A stretch of 61,841 nt of DNA, filler included, from Choristocarpus tenellus KU-1152 (taxonomy: Eukaryota; Protista; Phaeophyceae), in the NCBI GenBank assembly GCA_964200185.2. It is 6 parts of 6 records of this genome, joined end to end, with 100 filler letters (N's around TTAATTAATTAA, not from the genome) between each part and the next. Parts side by side here need not be neighbours in the genome. Positions count along the whole stretch, not along the records: positions 1 to 15,898 come from CAXNAD020000910.1; positions 15,999 to 30,702 come from CAXNAD020001131.1; 4 more parts are not named here. One strand, written 5' to 3'. Under the pieces are notes generated by a model. That model made no database searches. It was given only the letters and a program-made list of their open reading frames with translations, and had not been told where the DNA came from. The translations under genes were made by a program, and so were the position numbers. Shown here in pieces: positions 12,274 to 22,205 of this stretch. Positions within the stretch are counted from its first letter, which is position 1; every line of letters starts with the position of its first letter.

Positions 12274-15221
12274 CTCGTCAACCCTAAGGTCATTAGGATC
12301 GTAGCCAAAGGGATCCTCCAGAAAATCAGCCGCAATCAGGAGTCCAAGCATCAGGTATGCCGTGAAAAATGCTTGAGGATAGAGCAGAATTGTCACCATT
12401 CACAAAAAGGAAAAAGAAGGGTTAGGGTTGGGAAAGGTGTGAGCATGTAGTTCACAAAGGTATAAACACTGGAGTAGTCTACCAGCACAAACCTCACTCA
12501 TTCGGCATAATGCAGCTGAAATAATACTGTACACTACGTCACCATGATTTGGAGGCGTATCAAGCACCCTTGGATACAAAAAAAGTTGAAACAGATAGGG
12601 TGCTTTTGCTCGAGGACACAAAAAGGAGTTGCCAAGTCTGCCATCAACTAGGCAGGGAAGATATGTTCAAAGATGTACCCTTCCATAACGATAAAGATTT
12701 GGAAAGTCAGTGTTTCAAGCACCCAAATTTGAATGCTAGCTAGTTTTGAGCCTGCTTCTACCAAGGTTTCCGAGGTTCTGCTTTTGGTTCAGGTAGTTGT
12801 GGAAAGTCCAGTCCAGTCAGCAGCCTAATTGCCTCGGTTTGTGAAAGGTCCTGGGTCAGTACGGTTTATGTCAAGTATGATTCAGACCTCTGCCCACATC
12901 CTGTTGGTAACAAAGGGTGTGGTTCAGACCACAGACCTGTAAAATACTGAACCCGATTGAGTGAACCAAACAAGTCCGACAGGTACGGGTGGTCCAGGCA
13001 TGCACTACTTGGGTACTGCGGAAATTGCTCCCAAAGTGCATCCACTCTGCCTATTTTAGGTAATGCACTTCTTATCATTTACTATCATGTCCGCATTGCA
13101 TTCTGATCCACAAGAATCTGGGCTAAGTCTGGTAGGGATCGGCCCTGAATTAGTCTTCACTAGGCCAGCCTAATGTATAATTGCTTGCGATTGTGAGAGA
13201 ACCAGTCCCGGCTGAGGACTGTGGAAGGTCCAGCCTGGACTGCAGCCCGGTTCATATATTTTTGTGGAGAATTCGATCCTGAGCTGTCAAGTACTTCTTG
13301 TCAAAAGTGTTACCGAATAGCTTTCTAATGACAATGTTTGGGAAACCTCTGTCCTGTGTCTCCCTGCGACTATCCATGTCATACTCCAGCAATGCCACAG
13401 CCCTCGGATAAACTACTATCAATGATTTAGGAGGATCAAGGCCTTTCTCTGGATGCCGACAAGATCGAAATTGATCAGCACTCAAAATCTGGCTAGTACA
13501 AATTGGCAGGTAATCTGTGAGAAGCCTTCCTTCCCTGACCCCCCCGTTCAATAGTTATGTTGATTGTGTCTCCAACATATCCAATTAACAAAGTACTTCA
13601 GATCATATACAGAATACTCAGCAAAGTCCACAAGCTTTCACTAAAGCACAACACGTCTCAAGAGTGCGAGCAAAAAGCCTTGTAAATTTACAAAAACTGC
13701 AGTTGGAAATAGTGACCCCCAGTCAGCATCCAGCCTTATCCAATCACAGCCGCGCTCACCTTCGGGAATGATCCAGTAGCCAATCAGATCAGATGAGAGC
13801 ACAGGCAGCAGCATTAGATACAACACTGTGAAAAAGTGGAGGAGAGAGCGATATGCTACTGGCTGGGGGGTTTTGCTGATCCTAGCCATGTCTGCAAAAC
13901 AGCGTGACATCAGCATAACATTTACGTCTATCCCCCTTGCTATGGCCTGCTGACCATAGGCTGAAGGATGTGTGGTGAGACCCTTCTTGATGCACATTCG
14001 AATCGCGTCTGTACAGTAGTACGGAACATGAATTTTGAGGTTGTTCATCCGGTCAACCTTGCCACATTGAATTAAGTTGAAGGAGGTGGGCAGTGCAAGG
14101 GGGCATATGATTATTCAATCAGCTAGAGACATGCTGAACATTGCCTATATCACAGAAAGGATTGCAGGAACTCCAGCCTTCTGCATTCCTAAAATGGTGA
14201 ACAATACGTTACTATCACACAATGCAAATAATCAAATAAGTCACAGTTTAGAACAGGAGTAACGATAGACGAAGGAGTAAACTTCAGAGGTATCCCTATG
14301 TGTCTCACTAATGTAGCTCTTAGTTGAGCGTCTTCTACATTTCAAATACGAAGCGCAAACTCCTATGATCACCTCAGCAGGATGGATCAGACCTTCCAGT
14401 GGGGTCTTCTCCAACAGCTCCTGTCGGAGATGCTGCTTTACTGCGTAAGAAAATGCTGGACAGGGTATCCAGAGTACGGAATTAACATGAATGAGGCAAC
14501 ATTAGATACCAAGATGTCCGTTTACAAGATCAACATGACGGGTTGTCGGGACGGGAAATAGATAGAAGAGTGTGAAGAGTGATGTCAGCGACGTATCACA
14601 CCCAAGGTCACTTCTAGTGTTCCCAGTCTCGATGGTTACAAGTACTTGAAAACTTTGACTACAAATTTCCGCACGGATGCACGCTAGTTCACGCTCCTTA
14701 CCAACGGCCTGCTCCATGATGCGACGTGCGAGAATTGGGTCCTCTATCCAGGAAGCGGCCTGCTGGGTGAGCTCAATGCAGGCAAATGTGAGCTTTCCCC
14801 ATAGGACTCGACCCTCATACCACCTCGCGACGGACTGATTGGAACGAAAAACAATGAGGAAGGCCAGAATTGTTTTAATGGTGGACGTAACACCCGAGTC
14901 CAGCACTATTCCTGCATCCAATACATCCCCATCATTAAGAATAGCCACTATCGCTGACCAGGCGACTACAAAAAAAATCTGCCCCCATGGGTGAGGAGTC
15001 GAATAGATTAAATCCTTGAAAAATATGATGAATTGAACCAAACTCGATGGCTTGGGATCAGTCGCAAACTTAAAGAGGGGATCCGTCGGTTTCTCCCCTG
15101 GACTTTGTGACAATGGGGGAAAGGTCATGTGCTGCTCTCCAGAAGATGTCATTTCTGATTTAGAGCTCCTAGTGCAAAAAGGGACTTCTGGCACAAGCTG
15201 CGAAGGAGCCCCGGAGAGCAT
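12274..15221 (-). CDS. Bestrophin-family (YneE/VCCN-like) anion channel; 3'-most exon(s) not resolved
   Basis: Exons 15221-14702, 14455-14373, 14057-13760, 12371-12274 join in phase. Motifs: LAFLIVFRSNQSVARWYEGRVLWG, AFSYAVKQHLR, RISKTPQPVAY, YLMLGLLIAADFLEDPFGYDPNDL. Confidence 0.88.
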
Positions 15222-15787
15222 GTACTGGTCGGCCGCCACTATGTCAGGAGGCTGACAAAAAATGGTCGACTTCTAACTGAGACTACTGATTCATGGTACA
15301 CCTCTGGTGGAACATCTTTGGACAAGAGAGTGTGATGTATAGATTTTACTATAACTTACAAGAAAAATAAAGACAAAACTAACTACAACAGTATTATTGT
15401 CAGGACAGGTTCCTTTTTTGGGATGTCCGACACACACTGTGCATAAGACGCGCGGTCATATAAAATTGCGCGCGTCAACCACGTCATTTCAGCTCATCCA
15501 TACCGACCAGTCCAATAAACCAACCACACCCATAAGATCCGGATTTGACGAAACAGTCAAAATGGGCTATCAGAACAAAGATTCATTCCGATTCTGATTG
15601 ATCCATCACTTTGCTGTTAACAGCCGATCATCAAAATTGAGAATGGAGCTTTTTATTGAGGATGGGCAAGACCTGGAATGGTGCGCGGAAAGCGCATACA
15701 GTACCTACACCGAGTTTGTTCACCCATGGGTATGCCCTAAAAAAGCGGCACAGAATCTATATGGTATAATATCGATTTTGTAGTAAT

Positions 15788-15898
15788 TAGGGTTAGGGTT
15801 AGGGTTAGGGTTAGCTGGGAATCAATCGTCGAAGCAACTAATTAATCGTGGTGAGCTGGGAAATTAATCGTCGAAGCGACTGATTAATCGTGGTGAGC
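15788..15898 (+). repeat. (TTAGGG)4 telomere-like tract followed by two copies of a ~42-bp unit, at a contig end
   Basis: ttagggttagggttagggttagggttag, then ctgggaatcaatcgtcgaagcaactaattaatcgtggtgag repeated twice with substitutions. Confidence 0.85.
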
Positions 15899-15998
15899 NN
15901 NNNNNNNNNNNNNNNNNNNNNNNNNNNNNNNNNNNNNNNNNNTTAATTAATTAANNNNNNNNNNNNNNNNNNNNNNNNNNNNNNNNNNNNNNNNNNNN
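15899..15998. other. Artificial contig spacer (N run with TTAATTAATTAA)
   Basis: A 100-bp N44-TTAATTAATTAA-N44 spacer with stops in all six frames. The same spacer occurs at 30703-30802, 39297-39396, 52699-52798 and 56616-56715. Confidence 0.97.
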
Positions 15999-16066
15999 TT
16001 TTTTTTTTTTTTTACAAGAAAAGAAACAGGACGAGGTGGGTGGGGGGGGGGGGGATCCGGGGTTTT

Positions 16067-16124
<58 letters not shown>

Positions 16125-16157
16125 TTCCATTTTTCTTTTTATTATTCCTCTTTTCAG

Positions 16158-18390
16158 CTTGACTCCTTCGTAGTACCAGTTGGTCCCTCACTGCTCTCGA
16201 GCAAGGCAATAGCCTACCTGACTGTTGAAGGCCATGGACCATACCGCTTCTCCAGGTTCTACAACTCCTCCCTCCTCAGCTCCCCCTCGCCATCACAGTA
16301 TCCCTGTTGGCCGCTGTCGAGCCCATGCCCCAGTTTTGATCCCCTCCAGGGCAGCCCTGTCGCTAGTGGCTCAGGGTGGAGGGTTGCAAGTAAGGGTTTT
16401 GGGGTCTCCCCGTTTCCTTGTACAGACGCCTTCATCAGGTATGTGGTTCAGGCACTGGCAGGTTGTTTGCACATGTGTCAAGAAGTGCCTGCTTGTTAGA
16501 CCCTTGACTGTCCACTCGAGAAGGCTTTTGGCCATGTCTGACCCTCTATCTTGCCCTGTGTCTGCTTGACATGTCTGCTGCATGCCTGCTCCCCAGGCGC
16601 CTGACATGTTTATTGTTCTCTGCCCTCATTCGGGAATAGCCTAGGAAACACTTTTTTTTTTTTAAGCGAGTACTTTTGTATAATGTTAGTAGTGCTGCTT
16701 GTAAGATTCTTATAGTTTTTGGAATTGTGATGTCCATTGGGTAATTAATACCGTGAACTACCCGATTTGATTTGATACGATTTGATGTATTAGACCGGAA
16801 TGAAACTTGACCTGCATATTATGTATTTATTTTCCATGAAAGATGCAGGCGTGTAGAGACATAAGGAAGCAGCAGTCTATACAGTTGAAGGTGAGGGCGA
16901 CGGACTCTCGTGTGTGAAGGGCCATTGATCACGTGCTGGGGAGGAAGGACAGGAGCGTTGCCACCCTGAAATCTAGTTTCGTCTTGGGGTCACGAGGATC
17001 CAAGGGTTGATCTACACTTAGTCTTGTGCAGAGTAATTAACTCTCTTCTGCCTCAAACACTGCACCACTGGGGTGCATTTCATTATACTGTCTTGTAAAG
17101 AGTGCAAACTTCCTTCCACAAAAGCGCTCCTGTTCTGCTTTTCTTTTTTCTTTTTTTTAATTGTGGTAGTGTGTTCCCGGCGTGGCGCATAACTGCTCTT
17201 GTGGTAATAGTAGACGTTCTAAGCACCCAGGGAAGAGCACTTGAGATGCGGTTAGTGTTTAGTTCACAGCACGATATGACCCCCACAATTTAATAACTTG
17301 ACTGCTAGTAACACGCGATGGGTTGTGTACCGTTGTTGGTATATGTTGTAACGTTATTCCACTCTGCCCAGTAGTGATTGTTTAGTGTAGAGGTGTATAT
17401 TTATATGCATGTGTAGGTAGATGTATATTGTATTGTGATCCCTGACGATTTGCAGATGTGACAGGGTAGGGGAAAAACATAAGTAGACCGAAAAAGTGGG
17501 CGTTTTATCCAGAAATTTATGGATTAGAGCCAGTGTGCAACCCGTGTGAAAAAATAGAACAATATTTTTTTATATGCTGATCTGCAATACTTCCGTATGC
17601 TCGATCCAATTGTATATACACTTCTTTTTTTATAAAACACACACACACACACACACACACTCACACACAAGCATCTGTATTGTTGTAAACCTGAAGAATA
17701 TATGTATACCTAAATACCTGATAGGTTGTGCAAGAACTTTTCCAATGTATCATCAGAGCTTGTGCATGGACCATCAGCATGGAACCAAGAGTAAAACGTG
17801 ACTATACCCCCTCTCATGCAAACAGGATCAAATGCCATGACCAGAATACCATGACCAGAAAAGAATGAAAAAAATGTTGAACCCATCAAGTCCGTACATC
17901 CATACATCCAATGTGTTGACTATATGATGTGTGACTGGGAGGGGATGGAAGGGGATTCTTACGCCCCTCTACTCACCCGTGTATTCGGTAATGCTACACT
18001 TTTTGACAGAACCCTCATCTGTAGTGGAGGTACGCAGGGGGAACTTCGGCAGTGGAGCTATGTTGCATGTGAGGACAGAAGCAGGGGCGGGGGAGGCAGA
18101 GAGGGAGATGGTAGTGGATACGTTGTGCGCCTCCTCACACACCAGGTGGGCTTGCAGACTGTCTGCAGTGGAGATAGTTGTGGTGAGGTGACAGTCCCGG
18201 TAGATGCTAGTACTGTACAGTTAATCTGAGAGATGATGCTAAGGTCCATCATGAGAACTTCTGTCTGCAGTAATTGTCGGTCCGACCCCCCAAAAGAGTA
18301 GTGAGATTTGCAGATTTGATGCTTGTGTTGTTGAAGAAGGCGTGATCAGTGTTTTTTGTCCAGTGTGTGAGGGACAAGTTAGTGGAGGTT

Positions 18391-18425
<35 letters not shown>

Positions 18426-19684
18426 CTGTGTGTGTTTGTTTGCTTCCTGTGGCATTGGAGGGGAGGGGAGGAGGTGGATTTGCCCGGCAGCTGTAATGTT
18501 GAAACTAGTGTTACAAATCGGAATAATTTTTGAGTGAGAAGAAGTTAAATCGACTCGAGAAGGAGTTTTCATGCAACTTTTTTTTTATTTATTAGTTTGA
18601 AGATTTGCAAACTGTAACTAGCAGACTAAATGCCCTCCTCCCCCCCCCCCGTTAGTGAGGCGCCCTGGTGGACCTGATTTTTTTTATTTGTGCTCCTATT
18701 TGTGGGCTCTTTTCTCCATTGCCTGACACATCACCTTCAGTTGTATCTGAGACAGACTGTTAAAAGCCAATGTTGTGCTCAGGGAAGGTCAAGGAACATG
18801 TGTTGGAGAGTTGTGAAGAGGCATACCCAGTAGATGCAGATGAACCCCCCCGACAAAGCACATAGAGACTTGAGGCACACTGATGGCCATGTGGGTGGTT
18901 TGTAAACATAGCTATTGATGATGTGAATGTAGTGTGGGGCCTAGTGGTTTTTGAAGGCACCAATCACGTGCGACAGGCTTTGTTCTTCAAATTTTACAGA
19001 GTAACCAAACCTTTACAATAGGACTCCCGACTGTTTCTCATGGAACAAATCTACTCGATAGAACTGTTGCGATTCACAAACTGTTTTGGACCACCGTTTC
19101 TTTACTTAAATGTGTAGAGCAGTATACACATTCCACAGGTCAACCCATTTTCTCGTTCAGATATCTGTTACTAGTTACTCGGCAGATGATATTATTATTG
19201 GTACTAGTGGTAATAGTAGTAGTGGTAGTGATACTCTAAGGGACTTAGTGTTTCCCCAATCTCACAGCTCTCTCTCTCTCTCTCTTAGTAGTAGTAATAG
19301 AGATAGTAGTAGTAGCAGTGGTTGTAGTGGTACTCTACAGTACTTGGTGTTATCTCTCTCTCTCATTCTATCGCCCCTTGACCTCAAAAAGTCTTCCCCT
19401 TTTTGCCATGCATTGCCTCCAAGGTGGGAAACAACCGGTGGTGTCACAATATTGGGCGGCCCCACAAATCCAATCATGTTTTTTATGTCACAGACTTCCA
19501 GGGGGGAAGAGTTCGGCAGTGCTGCCACGATCAAGATTGCCGACGCCTGGGCTACTCGTCTTTGCCGTGGTCTCTGCCTGCTCATGCAGCACCAACCCTT
19601 GAGGAACTTGAGGCGTATGAGCTCGGTTTAGGAGTGTCAGAGGCCATGCAAACATCCCCTGAGGCGTGGGCTGCGATCTCTTAA
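16158..19684 (+). CDS. PRIMPOL: PrimPol-like DNA primase/polymerase, 3' part (zinc-finger domain); 5' end cut by contig start
   Basis: Exons 16158-16438, 18010-18145, 19424-19684 join in phase to give GVSPFPCTDAFIRTLICSGGTQGELRQWSY...VGNNRWCHNIGRPHKSNHVFYVTDFQGGRVRQCCHDQDCR. This is the SPxPxxDxF and RWCxNIGRxHKSN...QxCHDxxC signature of the PrimPol UL52-like zinc finger. Confidence 0.88.
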
Positions 19685-19838
19685 CGTCTTTTTTTTTAAT
19701 GAGGAATCGTCCTGATTGAAATGGGGAGGAACACGGCCAAGAGGTTAAGGGCACCTAAGGTTTGGAATAGCTATCGCCAGGGGTTGCTTTTAACCACCCT
19801 GCTCTTACATTCGATTGCCATGCATGCATCAAGGCGTG

Positions 19839-20101
19839 TAGAGTCAAACCAACTGAGAGGTAGGCAGGGTTGCATTCTAAGGATCCCGTGTAAGGGCAAA
19901 GATGTGTCATTTTGTACAGTTGTAGAAAGAGCCTTTGCTGAATTGCGGTGCCACTTTGTGTATGTAAAGGGGGAGGTATCAATTCTGCGTGCACAATTGT
20001 GGGTATATAGCAATGAAATAGAGGGTATTGCAAGGGGTAATAAAGATGGCTTAGAATGCAAAACGGTCCAAACCTGCCTACCTCTCAATTGGTTCGCTTT
20101 G
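19839..20101 (+). mobile_element. MITE family A (~260 bp, ~30-bp TIRs)
   Basis: Left end agagtcaaaccaactgagaggtaggcagg matches the reverse complement of the right end (aaagcgaaccaattgagaggtaggcagg). The full length is homologous to 34931-35192 in the opposite orientation. Confidence 0.8.
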
Positions 20102-20545
20102 TGGTCTTGAGATGGGGTACACACCACAGGAACAATGTGGGGCCTCTTTCGTTACCCTGGGCTGGCGCTTTGTTGCCTATCACAAGAGTTTCATCTTCAT
20201 CAAGAGATTGTCCGGTATTTTTTGGGGATGGGATTGTCTGGGTGTGTTTGCAACTTCAGCCCTTCAATGGACGTTTTTTTGTGTTTCCTCTGAGAGTGGC
20301 ACTAACTTGTAGGTATATTTCTCTCTTGGACTTTTTGCAACGTATACCTTTTTTGTAACCTGTGTGAAATGTACCCTGTTTTATGTTCTTTGTACACGAT
20401 AGAAGCCCCCAAGCAAAGTTCTCACTGCAGAAGCTATAAATGTCCCTACCCACCAAATATTGGCATCCATGACACAAGTTGTGACACCTCACTAGTCCAC
20501 TTGTCATCATGCCATTTCACTTTTTTTTCTATTATTTTTATTATT

Positions 20546-20719
20546 GAGCTCAAAGTTTCTGGGGGGGGGGAGTCTACACCAGGGTGTCTATTCGGACTCT
20601 GACCAGGAAAAGTGGATTCACATCCATCCAACGCATGCAACGAAATCACCCAAGAATCGTGACATGAAAAAATGGGCCCCAAATGGACAGCCACCACCCC
20701 ACCCCAGATACTTTGAACT
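20546..20719. mobile_element. MITE family B (~170 bp, TIR CAAAGTATCTGGGG...)
   Basis: Ends gctcaaagtttctgggggg ... ccccagatactttgaac. A reverse-complement copy lies at 30250-30425. Partial copies are at 30588-30650, 30803-30843, 39408-39485 and 56716-56795. Confidence 0.8.
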
Positions 20720-20781
20720 GTTATTGTTATTAATTTCCAATACCTTCAAATATAACATTTCGGAATCGATGGATACCACCA

Positions 20782-20829
<48 letters not shown>

Positions 20830-21552
20830 GTCCTTCTGTTTGTAGGGCAACACAACCATGTACCCCTATCTTGAACGTACAACTGTTCCGCTGGAGGTCC
20901 ACTACATCATCTCAAAATATGGGGCTGAGTTGAGACCACGACCCTACTGGGTTGCTTATTATTATGTGGGAGGAGGATCAGTTTCAAAATGAAGGTTGGC
21001 TCTCTTCCTGTATCATACAAACTAGAACGTTTAATTTGTATTTTGTAGAGAGGGCTGTGTGGGTCCTAAAGGGAAAACTTGTGAAGTAATCTGAGTTTTG
21101 TAAAAAGTGAGAATTCGACAAGAGGAAATGTTTATAGGAAGGTGAGTCTTGGCAAAGGTAGAAAAGAATATCGAAAAGTTGAAAACATGATGGCAGGGAG
21201 GCAGATCATATGGTTGAGAAGTTTAAGGGAAATGAGGGGTAGGTGGAGAATCGTAGTAGGAAAGACTGGGACAGAATATAGATAAAAGTCAAGGGCAGAG
21301 TGGAAGGACAAGAAATGGCAAGATCAAGGCAGCCTCTGAGCAATCCTTCCCACCCACCCACGCACTCTGTTGGTTGTTCACGATTGAGTGGGATATTGGT
21401 TGGGGGGGTAGATATATTGAAGTTGAAAGGAATTGTATTGAAGTGGATGATTGGGGGGTGTTCTTGGATGAATGTGGAGTAGTGTTGTGGTGCAGTGGAG
21501 AGTGCTGTGGAGGAAGGTGGAGTGGATTAGTGGAAGTTGGTCATATCGGTTA

Positions 21553-21800
21553 GTGACTGGAAACCAGTGGCGAAGATTGCTTGATTGGTTGGTCATTGGA
21601 TACACCGAACTTGGCCTTATTTGTTGGTGACTGGAAATCAGTGACGAAGATTGATCGCACTGGTTGGTCATTGGATATGCGCTATTGGACGCATTGGTTG
21701 GTGACTGGAAACCAGCGATGAAGATTGGTTTCACTGGTTGGTCGTTGGACATTATGCAGAATTGGCCGTCGTTGTGGTTGGTGACTGGAAATAATGCGGA
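21553..21800. repeat. Degenerate ~74-bp tandem repeat (3-4 units) rich in ATTGG/CCAAT
   Basis: GTGACTGGAAA recurs at 21553, 21627, 21701 and 21781; the first three are followed by GAAGATTG and GGTTGGTC(A/G)TTGGA. Confidence 0.8.
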
Positions 21801-22205
21801 ATTGGCTGGATAGTTTGTGGGGTAGTGTGTGGAGGGAAGAAAAAGGTGGTGTTGTATTGGTTGAGGAGGAGGAGGAGAGTGGACGGAAGGCTAAGACGAG
21901 GCTAATCAATGAATCCAGAATTTGTGACCAAAGCAACGAGGTCTTACCATAGGAAGAAAAGAGTGGTTTTGGTGGACATAAAAATGCTCTCGAAATAGTG
22001 GAAGTGGAAATGTGATTAAGAGAAAGTAGTTGGTTCAAAAGTTTTTGTTTTTTTGAAGGGAGGGAATCATAATTATACACAAATACATGTACCCCTTTCA
22101 GTCAAAACTCTTAGAGGTATGCCTCTCTAAACTCAACTTCCATAGAATAGGTAGAGTAAGATCTTGGAGTTAGTTGAGATTTGAGTGACACCTTAAAACT
22201 GGACA

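Noticed and set aside
15899-15998. Recurrent TTAATTAATTAA palindrome inside N runs (five occurrences)
   Set aside because: Artificial six-frame-stop linker used to concatenate contigs. It is not biological, so gene neighbourhood across these joins cannot be interpreted.
15999-16140. Poly-G/poly-C/poly-T tracts giving a poly-Gly ORF (similar tracts at 24230-24420 and 30600-30700)
   Set aside because: Low-quality homopolymer sequence next to gaps or contig ends; probably sequencing or assembly noise.
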